Source: an uncultured Chloroflexia bacterium (GTDB lineage Bacteria > Chloroflexota > Anaerolineae > Anaerolineales > Anaerolineaceae). Taken from it: a DNA stretch of 64,000 nt. The notes under the pieces are model-generated. The model did no database searches. It saw only the letters and a program-made list of their open reading frames with translations, and was not told the DNA's origin. Positions 10,102 through 21,312 of this stretch are shown here, piece after piece. Position 1 is the stretch's first letter; each line of letters begins with the position of its first letter. The position numbers were made by a program, and so were the translations under genes. The DNA lies in assembly GCA_963753625.1 (NCBI GenBank), contig CAVWCP010000001.1:284714-348713 (forward strand), given 5' to 3'.

Positions 10102-11025
10102 ATGTCTCACCGAATCGTCTTCATGGGTTCCCCGGATTTTGCAGGAACAGTCCTCAAAGAGTTGGCTGCCAATTACCCTATCTGCGGCGTCTTTACCCAA
10201 CCTGACAGGGAATCCGGACGAGGGAAGAACCTTACTCCTCCACCGGTAAAAGTAGTTGCCAGCGAATTGGGAATTCCAGTTTTTCAACCTGTGCGCATTA
10301 AGAATCCCAGAAGCTTTTGCTGAACTCGAGACACTAAAGCCGGATGTCATTATTGTCGCTGCGTATGGTCAGATACTTCGGCAGAATGTACTCGATCTGC
10401 CAAAATTTGGATGTGTCAATGTTCACGCCTCCTATTTGCCCAGATGGCGGGGAGCAGCTCCGATCCAGGCTGCCATCCTGGCAGGAGATGACGTATACCG
10501 GGGTTACGATCATGAAAATGGATGCTGGAATTGACACAGGACCAATCCTGGCCCAGGAAAAAGTAGACATTGATCCAAAAGAGACCGCTATCACCTTGGA
10601 TAAAAAATTGGCTTATGTAGGGAGTGCATTATTGATTAAAACCCTGCCTGAATATCTTTCTGGAAGAATCAAGCCTCAACCTCAAGTGGAGGAGGGGAGT
10701 ACATATGCTGCGATGTTGACCAAACAGCAGGGGCAGTTAGATTTTTCGAAATCTGCTAGTTGAGTTGGAACGGATAATCCGCGCATATGATGATTGGCCA
10801 GGTACATATATGCTGATCGCTGAACAAATCGTTAAAGGTTCGCCGGGCTGAAATTGTTTTTGATCTGCAACTTCTACAGGAGAGCGATAGTCATGGATGG
10901 TTTTCCTGTTGTTGGTACGGGGGATGGCGGGCTTAAGTTTGATTGAAGTTCAACCAGCCGGCAAAAAATGGATGTCAGGGGTTGATTTTATTCGCGGATA
11001 TTCCAAGATCTGGAATCAAAAATGA
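10102..11025 (+). pseudogene. fmt: Methionyl-tRNA formyltransferase; several frame changes
   Basis: [43 protein letters not shown] and [18 protein letters not shown] are spread over ORFs 10102..10323, 10256..10534 and 10344..10763. Further hand-read pieces run to the stop at 11023-11025. Confidence 0.85.
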
Positions 11026-12089
11026 TACCAGACCAATTAACCAGAACCTTTAAAAGTATTTTGTTTTGGTATGGGGGCAATTGGTACTTATATTGGAGGA
11101 AGCCTGGCACATGCAGGGTGCGAAGTCATATTTGTTGAACAACCTGAAGTGGTCAAATACAGCTCAATTCACAAACATTAAGATTAAGCAAGCCTGTTGG
11201 TGAGATTCTTGTTGAGCAAGTGGAAGTATCTACTGATATTGAAACTTTGCTAAGTGAGAGGAAATATGATGTTGCCATGCTGGCGGTTAAAGCATTTGAT
11301 ACCCCGGAATTGTGAACTCACTTTATGGGAATTAAGACAAATCTTCCTCCTATCCTATGCCTGCAAAATGGCGTTGAAAATGAGCAATTGATAGAAGAAA
11401 AACTGGGTAAAGGCACGCGTTATTGGAGGATCGATCACCAGCGCAGTCGGCAGGAAAGGCTTGGGGGAAGTGAAATTAGAGAAATTTCGTGGAGTTCGCG
11501 ATAGAAACAGGGACACCACTCTCGGAGAGTCTAATCGAGGTTTTCAACCAGGCTGGATTGAACGCAAAAGGATATCCTATTCGAGCATGACATGAAGTGG
11601 TCGAAAATGCTGACCAACCTGCTGGTGAATGCCAGCGCGTGCAATTCTAAATTGGTCTCCTGCGAAGATTCTCGGTAATCCAGTCACCTATAAAATTGAA
11701 GTGCTCCAATTACGCGAAGCGTTGGCTGTAATGAAGAAAATGGGAATTAAAGTCATCGATTTTCCCGGAACACCGGTAAAATTGCTTGATCACGCTTCTG
11801 GATATCCTTCCATTGAATTTGGTCGAGTTTTGATTGGATCCGCTCTGGCAAAAGGACGGGGAGCAAAAATGCCTTCATTGCATATTGATTTGCAGGCTGG
11901 CCGTACCCGGAGTGAGGTCGAATTTCTCAATGGGGCGGTGGTGAGATTTGGTGAAAAAGTTGGAGTTCCGACCCCGGTCAACCGGGTTTTAACTGAAATT
12001 TTGATGGAGCTGACGGAAGGTAAGCAAGATAAACAAATTTACTCCAATCATCCTGAAATATTATTAAGAAAATCGAGGCGGCCTCATGA
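11022..12089 (+). pseudogene. panE: 2-dehydropantoate 2-reductase (ketopantoate reductase, PanE/ApbA family); many frame changes
   Basis: The hand-read N-terminal Rossmann motif FGMGAIGTYIGGSLAHAGCEVIFV lies at about 11060-11140. ORF 11629..12147 gives the C-domain (PSLHIDLQAGRTRSEVEFLNGAVVRFGEKVGVPTPVN). ATG 11022 overlaps the fmt stop (ATGA). The 3' end is uncertain (12089 or 12147). Confidence 0.65.
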
Positions 12090-13512
12090 CAGTCCCGCAT
12101 TGGGTGCAGGACAGTATTTTTTACCAGATCTTTCCAGATCGATTTAATAATGGCAATAAAGCCAATGATCCGGTAAATGTCCTCCCCTGGGGGGCAAACT
12201 CCAACAAACCATGGATTTCATGGCGGGGACATACGTGGGATCATTGACCGAATGTATTACCTGGTTGACCTGGGGGTCAATGCACTGTATCTTGAATCCA
12301 ATATTCTTAAGCCCAAGCAACCACCGTTACAATACTGTGGATTATTACAGCGTAGATCCAAAATTAGGGACACAAGCAGAACTGCTTACCTTGTTGGACG
12401 TGGCCCATCGCAACAATATCCGTGTGATTTTGGATGGCGTGTTCAACCATTGCGGAAGAGGCTTTTTTGCTTTTAATGATATTCTGGAAAACCAACGTCC
12501 TCGCCTATGTGAACTGGTTTCATATACACAAATTCCCGGTTGATGCCTATTCACCGGGAGATGCTACAACATACTCCGGCTGGTGGAAATACAAGAGCCT
12601 GCCAAAATTCAATACAAATGAGCCGGCAGTAAGGAAATACATTCTTGATGTTGCGCGATATTGGATGGAACAAGGTTTTGACGGATGGCGCCTGGATGTT
12701 CCCAATGAAATCGATGATGATTCCTTCTGGTATGATTTCCGACAGGTAGTCAAGAACACCAATACAGAAGCTTACTTATTGGTGAGATTTGGGATGGCAA
12801 TCCCCGCTGGGTGGGATCCGCGGCATTTTGATGGATTGATGAATTATCCTGTTCGGACATTGATCATAGACCTTCTTAATCCAAAAGATCCTACCTCAGC
12901 GTTTGTTCATGGAATTCAAAAGTGGCTTGAAAAATATCCACGCGAAAATGTATTTGCTCAATTTAACCTGCTCGGAAGCCACGATACGGAAAGAATCCTG
13001 ACTACATTAAAAGGCGAAATCGCGAAAACAAAACTCGCCATGTTATTGCTTTTCACATATCCTGGGGCTCCCTCAATATATTATGGTGATGAGATCGGTA
13101 TTACAGGTGGATCTGACCCTGATTGCCGCAGGACATTTCCCTGGGATGAATCCAAGTGGAATACCGCACTGCGCCAATGGGTGCGGAAACTAATTTGGAT
13201 TCGCAGAGAGAAGGTTGCTCTCCGACATGGAGAGATGAGATTTATTGATTGCGGCAACCACCACGGGCTTGCTTTTATTCGAAAGGATCAGCAAGAACCC
13301 GTTCTGGTGGTGATGAATCCTTCAGACACACCAATCACAATTGAAATCGATCTTGAAGGTTCAGGGTCTGCAAAATAGTGTCTCTGTTAAAAGCCTGGTA
13401 ACAATCGGAAAAAATAAGCATCGTGGAGGGCAAGATAAAAATCGCAATTCAACAGTGGTCAGGGAATATTTTCTCCCGTGAAAGCAATCTTCAGCGGAAG
13501 ACATTCATCTAA
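12086..13512 (+). pseudogene. GH13 alpha-amylase family glycosidase (neopullulanase/cyclomaltodextrinase-like); several frame changes
   Basis: VPHWVQDSIFYQIFPDRF, GFHGGDIRGIIDRMYYLVDLGVNALYL, RVILDGVFNHCG, GWRLDVPNE, GEIWD (out-of-frame patch 12781-12813) and LLGSHDTER are all present. The C-terminal SIVEGKIKIAIQQWSGNIFS was read by hand up to TAA 13510-13512. Confidence 0.8.
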
Positions 13513-13579
13513 TAAAAACAGATTAGGATCAGGAATTGAATTCTGTTATTTCGCGAAGATTAGGTGCTGGAAATTTGGG

Positions 13580-16165
13580 TTAGCTTTTCTTAAATTTCTG
13601 CTGCCATTCATAAAGAATATTAAGCGCTTCAATTGGGGAGAGCGTATTCAGGTCGATTTTTTCAAGGTCATCCAAAAGAGGATTGGTTTCTGGGAAAAGA
13701 GCCATTTGTTGAACCGGGGAAGCCTCGATTTTTACAGCGGAACCGGAAGATTTTTCCAGTTGGTTAAGAATTTCACTGGCACGTGAAATAACCGGGCGTG
13801 GAATGCCGGCCAATTGGGCGACATGGATCCCATAGGAGCGGTCAGCCCCACCTGGGACGATTTTATGAAGAAAAACAACCTGGTTTCCGGTTTCTGTAAC
13901 CGCCACATTGTAATTGCTCACACCGGGGAGGAATTCACTTAATTGGGTCAGCTCATGGTAGTGCGTGGCAAAAAAGGTACGCGAGCGCAGCCGGGGATGA
14001 TTATGGAGGTATTCCACAACAGACCAGGCAATCGACAGCCCATCATAGGTTGAAGTACCTCGGCCAATTTCATCCAGGATGATCAGGCTGCGAGTTGTGG
14101 CATGATTAAGGATATTAGCAGCCTCGATCATTTCCACCATAAAGGTGGATTGTCCGGCATGGATTTCATCCTGAGCGCCAATGCGGGTGAAGATGCGGTC
14201 CACTAATCCGATACGGGCGCTTTTTGCAGGAACAAAGGAGCCAGTTTGCGCCATTAGCACGATCAGGGCAACCTGGCGGAGGAAAGTGGATTTACCACTC
14301 ATATTTGGTCCGGTAATGATGCGAATAATCTCGTTCTGATCCAAGACACAATCATTTGGGACAAACCGCTCCTGGTGGAGGGAGGTTTCCACCACCGGAT
14401 GCCTGCCATCAATGATTTCCAGAACCGATGTCTTCTGAAAGTTCCGGCAAAACGTAATTGGAAAGGGCTGCAACATCAGCAAAACCTGCGAAAACATCGA
14501 GTTCAGCGATTGCTGGGCGGTTTCCAGCATTGCCGGGATGTGGAATGGATCAAAGAATTACAGATTTCTTTGAAAAGTCGATCTTCAATTTCTCTGATGC
14601 GTTCTTCGGCATTTAGCACCAAGGCTTCGTATTCTTTCATCTCAGGGGTGATATAGCGTTCGGCATTAACCAGGGTCTGCTTGCGGATATATTCAGGAGG
14701 AACCTGTTGCGTATTGCTGTGGGTGATTTCCAGGTAATAACCGAACACTTTGTTAAACCCACTTTTAAAGATTTTATCCCGGTACGTTCGCGTTCCAAGC
14801 CTTCCAGGTTGGAAATCCATTCGCGGGCATGGCGTGACATTTCAATGGTATGGTCGAGTTCTTCAGAAAAACCCGGGCGGATCATTCCAATATTTTGCAG
14901 AGTTGCAGGTGGCTCATCAGCAATCGCATCGGTGAGAATATCTAAATTTCCGAGCAATCATGGAATAATGGGCAATGATTTCAGCGAGGACAGGTTCATT
15001 TTCAGGGATTGAGTTATGTATTGACGGGAATCTGCCGGTAATTTCGCGCAGTGCAACAAGATCGCGTGGGATTGGCGCTGCCAGAGGCAACCCGGTTGGC
15101 CAGACGTTCCAGATCCCCGAGGTGATCCAGGTTTTCCCGGAATCTCAATGCGGGTCAAGGCCTTGTTGAAAAAAAAATCAACCCCGTCCTGCCTTTGCCT
15201 GATTTGATCAAATTCAGAGCGGTTTACTGACCCATTGGCGCACAAGGCGATGCCCCATGGGAGTGATGGTTTTATCCATAATTGAAAGGAGCGAGCCCTG
15301 GATTTCACCTTTGCGGATGGTCTCAGTGAGCTCCAGGTTTCTTCGCGTAGCCGAATCAAGCGTCATAAAATCACTTGTCGAGTAAGTGGTGATGCTTGTC
15401 AGCAATTTCAGGGCTGAAGATTGCGTATCCTGAAGGTATTGGAGAATTACTGCCGCTGTCTGGATGGCGAGGGGAAGATCCTGCAATCCAAATCCATCCA
15501 GAGTTGAGACTCCCATCAGGCGTTTAATGGTTTCAATACTGCGTCCTGTTTCAAAACGCCAATCTGGCAGGCGAGTAAGATGTTTGAGATTGTTTTCACC
15601 AATATCAAGCGATTCAGGTAATAGAATTTCAACAGGATTGATGCGTGGTCAATTCTGACCGCAAATCGAGCATAGGATTATCTGAAATGAATTTCTGTTG
15701 CTTGGAACTCACCCGTAGATATATCAACAAAAGCAACTCCAACATGATCTGGATTCGAGAGTCACTGCAGCCAGGAAATTGTTGTGGTCGCTTTTAAGAA
15801 GACTGGGTTCGAAAACTGTACCCGGGGTTACGACACGAACAACATCTCTCGGAAAAATACCTTTTGAGGGTTGATCTCCCATTTGTTCACAAATGGCAAC
15901 GTGATATCCCTTTTCAATTAAGCGTGGAAAGATAATTCTCAACCGCGTGATAAGGGATACCCGCCATGGGGATACGTTTCCCTTTATGTGCTCCCCTTGA
16001 AGTGAGCACAATATCCAATTCACGAGATGTGATTTCAGCATCTTCGTCAAATGTCTCGTAAAAATCACCCAGGCGAAAAAAAACAATCGTACCCGGATAC
16101 TTTTTCTTAATATCCAGGTACTGTTGACGTATAGGGGTTATCTCATCTGACATGGATGCGCTCAA
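13580..16165 (-). pseudogene. mutS: DNA mismatch repair protein MutS; at least six frame changes
   Basis: Collinear pieces lie in ORFs 15914..16165 ([29 protein letters not shown]), 15724..16086, 15214..15516, 14958..15359, 14637..14957, 14503..14820 and 13580..14530. The last carries Walker [16 protein letters not shown] and Walker [18 protein letters not shown]. Confidence 0.9.
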
Positions 16166-16204
16166 TAATGAATTAGTCGGATAGAATGAATTTAGGATTT
16201 CAGA

Positions 16205-16854
16205 TTACATTTTTTCGCCGCATTCAGCGCAAAATTTGGCGTTGGGCAGCAATTTTGCACCGCATTTGGGGCAAGTATCTTTGGGTTTCAGAGTTGGCAC
16301 CGCATTCTGGGCAGAATTTGGCATTGGCTGCAAGCGGTGTTTCACAATTTGGGACAAGTGGCAGTGATCCCTTCGCGCCAGTATTCAGTTCCCAACTTTT
16401 TGTCTTCCTCGGCCATGGCAGCATGCGCCCAAACTTCTTCAACGGATTTCGATGCCTGAGCGGCAGCCATCTCAACCCCAAGATCTGGAGCACAGGATTT
16501 GCATAATCCTTTTTTGGTGTTCCAGCATTTTTGCCGGCAAACCCAGCTCATTGCAGCGCGGACACTGGATAAAAAATGGTTTTACTTCCAGCGACAGATT
16601 CGACAAAAGCTTCATCGTGGGCTTTTTCCCACCCGGCAGAACGGACCTGTTCGCCAAAATTTGCTGCCCGGCCATGAATCCGCCAAAAAGCGAACTGGCT
16701 GATTCTAATGCACCGGCAACTTTTCCGGTGATGGAGGGTTGAAATTTGGTTCTGTACCCGGATTGGCACATCGATTACATTTAAATTCAAATTGAAAACC
16801 CTGGTTGGTGCTGAGATCGTCAAAATTGTTGGCGAATTCGATGTGTTCTACCAT
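16205..16854 (-). pseudogene. Multi-zinc-ribbon domain protein; frame changes
   Basis: Read by hand from ATG 16854: MVEHIEFANNFDDL..FKCNRCANPG, FIQCPRCNE, CRQKCWNTKKGLCKSCAP, CPKCETPLAANAKFCPECGA, and CPKCGAKLLPNAKFCAECGEKM to the stop at 16205-16207. That is five CxxC pairs spread over three frames. Confidence 0.5.
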
Positions 16855-16985
16855 AATTCATCTCCTGCAACATTGTTATTAATTCAAAGTCCAGTTTGAT
16901 GTAAAATTATAACTCATTCCATTTGCATGCATTTAATGATTATTCCCAGATAATTCTGAGTCAACAATGACCTTTGGAGGATATC

Positions 16986-17937
16986 ATGGAAAACACAAGG
17001 CACGAACGTTTCACCAGATATTTTCATGAGTCGAAATTGGAATCGGTACTTGGGCATGGGGAGATCGATTTTTTTGGGGATATGGCAATAAATACAAGGA
17101 AGAAGATATAATTCAAGCTTTTCAAGAATCAATTGAAAACAAGATTGCGTTTTTTGACACAGCTGAAGTTTATGGACAGGGAAAATCCGAATCATTTTTA
17201 GGTAAATTGATCCCCGGTTCACAAATATCAGTCAAGATCGCCACAAAAATCATGCCATTTCCCTGGCGCTTGGGGAGAAATGCCTTGCGGAGTGCCTCAA
17301 CGGTAGCCTGTGCAGGTTACAGCTTGAAAAAGTTGATTTATACCAAATGCATTGGCCGCTCCCTCCTGTGTCCGGTGGAGCATGGATGGAACAAATGGCA
17401 GGTGTATTGCGAGGAAGGTCTTGATTGGGGCAATTGGCGTCTCAAATTATGACCTTGAAAAAACCATAAAGATCGGTGACAGAATTAAAAAAACATGGAC
17501 TTGACATCTGGCTTCAAACCAATTGGAATATCATTTACTGGAACGCCGAATTGAAAAGAATGGAGTGATGCATTATTGCCAGCAAAATGGAATAAAAGTG
17601 ATCGCATACAGTCCATTGGCGATGGGTATCTTAAGCGGGAAATATACTCCAGAGAATCCCCCAAAAGGAGCCAGAGCCAGCCAATATTCACCAGTATTCT
17701 TAAGCAAAATTCAACCCCTCATCAAGTTCTTAAACAAATTGGACAGGATCATGATGGAAAAACAGCCTCGCAAGTGGCACTCAATTGGGTATTATGCAAA
17801 GGCGCTTTACCGATCCCAGGAGCAAAAAATGCAAAACAGGCCGGTGAGAACTCCGGAGCAACTGGTTGGAGGTTGACAAGTAATGGAAGTACAACTAGCT
17901 GGATGAAATGAGTGAATCAGTTTCAGCAAATGACTAA
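16986..17937 (+). pseudogene. Aldo/keto reductase family oxidoreductase; several frame changes
   Basis: FFDTAEVYGQGKSE, LYQMHWP, AIGVSNY, QLEYHLLERR, VIAYSPLAMGILSGKY and ALPIPGAKN are recovered from ORFs 17207.., 17523.., 17576.. and hand-read frames. An SD GGAGGA precedes ATG 16986. Confidence 0.8.
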
Positions 17938-17994
17938 AACTAAATAAGCAGAAAGAGGACTGATAGAGATGGTCAATAAAAGAAGACACAATTT

Positions 17995-18472
17995 ATGCCA
18001 TTTCATGCAATAAACGAGTTTATGCGTGATGATTATCGGTTATCAATTTTCCAGGAAGTGATGACACATTTTGAGGAATGTCGAAAAAGAAAAAATCTTA
18101 CGAATGAATCGTTTATTTGCAAAAGGGGTTCAGATTCCTGGATTTCGCAATAGCAGCCTTGCTCCAGTGGGCAGTGTCGAGTCAAGCAAGCGTAGACTTG
18201 TTTGAGAAGTCGCCGGAATTTGCCGCACTCATCGTGGAGTGCTGGAGTGAACGTCACCAAGGGTTAAAGCAAGCGGTCTGGCAGGTTTTGGATGCACAAG
18301 AATTGGAAACCACTCCCAGCTAAAGCCGACAGGACTCAATTACCCGGGTTTATGGCGAATTGGCCAAAGGAAGATACTTTTGACCTCTTCATAAAAGTCC
18401 ATTAAGAACAAACCCGGAATTAGTTGAATCGGATGACAATATGAGTTTAATGGTCGTTTGGATGGGGAATAA
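17995..18472 (+). pseudogene. Hypothetical protein; frame changes; boundaries uncertain
   Basis: MPFHAINEFMRDDYRLSIFQEVMTHFEEC starts at ATG 17995 and continues in ORF 18117..18323 (..FEKSPEFAALIVECWSERHQGLKQAVWQVLD). No family was recognised. Confidence 0.3.
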
Positions 18473-18517
18473 ATTGCCGTACAATTTATATGATGAACAA
18501 GAGTCTGCAACTTAAGC

Positions 18518-19306
18518 TTATTCAACAAACTCCAGGTCTTGATCTTCAAGGTTTACTAAGTCACCTTCGGGTACCAATTGAATATTCCCAAAAAGGGAAG
18601 ATTGTGAAGCTCCCACCATATGGCGTTTGACCAATTCCAGCAAGGCGAGGAAAGTTACAACAATTTCCACCCTGGTTTTTTCTCCAGCAAACAAGGCGTC
18701 AAAGGATTGATCTCCTCCCTTACGCAGGAGATCCAAAATGGAGTTTATTTTCTCGCGGATTGTTACCCGGGGGAAATTTACTACATCGCTAAGTGGTGCC
18801 AGTTGGTTTGGATCGCCGAAAATGTCCCGCGCTGCGGCTACAAGATCTTCGATTGTCAGTTCACTCAAGATCCAGTTTTGCGCCTAACTGTGAGCGCGGT
18901 GAGGAATCCAAGCCTAAGGTAAGTATCTCGTCCGGAGCTTTCCTGGTTTTCAAGGAAATGAGAAAGGTCTTTAAATCGTTTATACAGTATCAACTGCCTG
19001 GCAAGTTCTTCTCCAGGATCTTCTTCCAATTGTATACCGGGGAAAACCGGTCTTGGAAGGAGGGCAGCCGATTTGATTTGCACCAGGCGCGCTGCGATCA
19101 CTAGAAATGCTGACATTTCTGATGCATCCTGTTTTCGATTGATGCAGGTATTCCAGGTATTGGTCAGTAACTTGTGCCAGAGCGAGGCGGGTAATATCTA
19201 ATTCTGCTTTTTCAATTAACTGAAGAAGCAGATCCAAAGGTCCGGAATAGACTTCGGTGTTGATTTGGTAAGATTCAGATTGATGACCCGCTATTTGAAA
19301 ATCCAC
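18518..19306 (-). pseudogene. scpA: Segregation and condensation protein A (kleisin ScpA); two frame changes
   Basis: [35 protein letters not shown] (ORF 18980..19306), [21 protein letters not shown] (18865..19116) and VEIVVTFLALLELVKRHMV (18518..18868). Confidence 0.85.
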
Positions 19307-19403
19307 GGAGTTATTATAGCAGAAAGGATTTGTTTTCCGTGAGATTTACGAATCAGGATTGTATAATGATATTTATCACATAAAAGCTTCGCGAGAGTCT
19401 ACT

Positions 19404-20508
19404 ATGGCTAAGATTGCTTGCACGAATTGTGGAAAACACTATCCGGACGAATCCAATCCCTTCCTTTGTAATTGCGGCGGTGTATTTGATTTTACAGAGT
19501 TTCCTTCATTTACCCACTCGGACGTTGACGCCAAAAAGGTGTATGGCGCTTATAAAAAGTTGTTAGGGCTGACAAATAATACCGAAAGTGTATCGCTGGG
19601 TGAAGGCGCAACCCCTATGATCCAAGTTACCCAGGGATCAAAACGCCTCTGGTTAAAATTGGAATCAGAGAATCCAACGGGATCGTATAAGGACCGTGGT
19701 TCAACAGTATTGGTAAGCCACTTAAAAATCGTGGTGTTAATTTTGCAGTAGAAGATTCTTCGGGGAATGCGGGGGCATCTTTTGCGGCTTATTGTGCCAG
19801 GGGGAACGTGGATTGCAAGATCTTTGTACCGGAGAGTGCCTCAGGTCCAAAGAGAACCCAGATCGAGATGTTCGGTGCAGACCTGGTGAGAATTCCCGGA
19901 CCGCGAACAGAGGCAGCGAAGGCTGTGCTGGAGCAAGCGCAAAGTGGGAGCGTTTACGGCAGTCACGCATATATGCCATTCGGATTGCCTGGCATCGCCA
20001 CAATCGCGTATGAAATAGTTGAGCAAGCTTGGCAAAGTACCTGCAGGTGTAATCGCCCCGGTTGGGCATGGGGGGCTTTTGTACGGGATCATGCGTGGAT
20101 TTGAGGCGATGGTGAAGACCGGTGTCATTGAAAGGGAGCCATACTATATTGGTGTGCAATCTGAGGGCTGTGCACCCCTGGCAGCGGCTTATCTAACAAG
20201 GAGAAAAGGACGCGGTTGAGATTACTCCTAAAGAAACACTGGCTGAAGGAGTAAAAGTCATTTCTCCGGTAAGAGGAAAAGCCATACTCACCAGGTTAAG
20301 GGATATTCAAGGAAAAATCATAGCAATTCCTGAAAATGAAATCCAGGAGGCTTATGTCGAGTTAGCCAGGATAGGGGTTTACTGCGAACCCACATCAGCC
20401 TTAGTGTGGGCTGCAGCAAGATCAATAGACCAGTCAATATCATCACTTACCGTTGCGATTATTACAGGTTCAGGGTATAAATCTAATCTAAATCTTAATT
20501 TGGAATAA
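19404..20508 (+). pseudogene. thrC: Threonine synthase-like PLP enzyme (tryptophan synthase beta superfamily) with an N-terminal Cys4 motif; several frame changes
   Basis: CTNCGKHY..CNCGG, ESENPTGSYKDRGS (PLP-lysine motif), EDSSGNAGASFAAYCA, PVGHGGLLYG and AIITGSGYK were read across ORFs 19359.., 19808.., 20019.. and hand-read frames, to TAA 20506-20508. Confidence 0.7.
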
Positions 20509-20537
20509 TGTGAACTCGAACTACTCTTACAGGGTGG

Positions 20538-21290
20538 TTGGCGCTCTCAATATTCCGGGAAGGGTCTTTGATGGAACGATCAATTGAACCAGAGACTGAA
20601 ACACCGGAGCAATTTGCTGCAAGAGTCTTCCCTGATTTTTCAAATATTCTGTTACTAAGCCGTGCATTGACACACCGCTCGTATCTCAATGAGCATTCCG
20701 ATGCAATTGAAGACAATGAGCGCCTTGAATTCTTGGGTGATGCCGTATTGGATTTTATCGTAGGGGCATGGTTGTATAACCGTTTCCCCGAAATGCCGGA
20801 AGGCGACCTGACGCGAATGAGATCCGCGCTTGTCCATACTGAACAGTTGGCTATCCTGGCGAGGGAGATCGGGATTGGCAGGGCAATGCGCCTTGGTCGG
20901 GGTGAACTTCAAGCCGGAGGAAAAGACCGCTCTGGGCTGTTGTGTGATACCTTTGAAGCTGTCATCGGTGCATTTATATCTGACAAAGGGATTGAAGGGG
21001 TCATTAAATTTATCAGTCCTATTTTGGAAACAACTGCTGAGGATGTTCTTGCCAACCATAAGGACGAAGACCCGAAGAGTAAATTGCAAGAATGGGCTCA
21101 AGGAACCGGTTTCCAGGCTCCGCAATATGCAACCCGCAATTCCTATGGTCCTGATCATTCTAAGTTATTCGAAGTTGATGTATACATTGATGGAGAAATT
21201 AACGGCAGCGGGATCGGGCAATCAAAACATGCTGCCACAAAACAAGCAGCGCTGGATGCATTGAAAAAACTTGGGATTAGCAAACCCTGA
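20538..21290 (+). CDS. rnc: Ribonuclease III
   Basis: The RNase III signature ERLEFLGDAVLDFIV is present with a C-terminal dsRNA-binding domain (PKSKLQEWAQ..GSGIGQSKHAATKQAALDAL). The listed start is TTG; ATG 20571 is an alternative. Confidence 0.9.
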   Translation: MALSIFREGSLMERSIEPETETPEQFAARVFPDFSNILLLSRALTHRSYLNEHSDAIEDNERLEFLGDAVLDFIVGAWLYNRFPEMPEGDLTRMRSALVHTEQLAILAREIGIGRAMRLGRGELQAGGKDRSGLLCDTFEAVIGAFISDKGIEGVIKFISPILETTAEDVLANHKDEDPKSKLQEWAQGTGFQAPQYATRNSYGPDHSKLFEVDVYIDGEINGSGIGQSKHAATKQAALDALKKLGISKP

Positions 21291-21312
21291 TATCAGCAAG
21301 TAGAGAGAATTC

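Noticed and set aside
13580-16165. Seven separate small MutS-like genes or MutS paralogs
   Set aside because: The fragments are collinear and non-redundant, and together they make one standard MutS, from the mismatch-binding domain through to the ATPase.
19359-19403. N-terminal extension of the threonine synthase-like gene from the TTG at 19359
   Set aside because: ATG 19404 gives the expected MAKIACTNCG zinc-ribbon start. The upstream TTGTATAAT more likely contains a -10 box (TATAAT, 19362-19367) than coding sequence.
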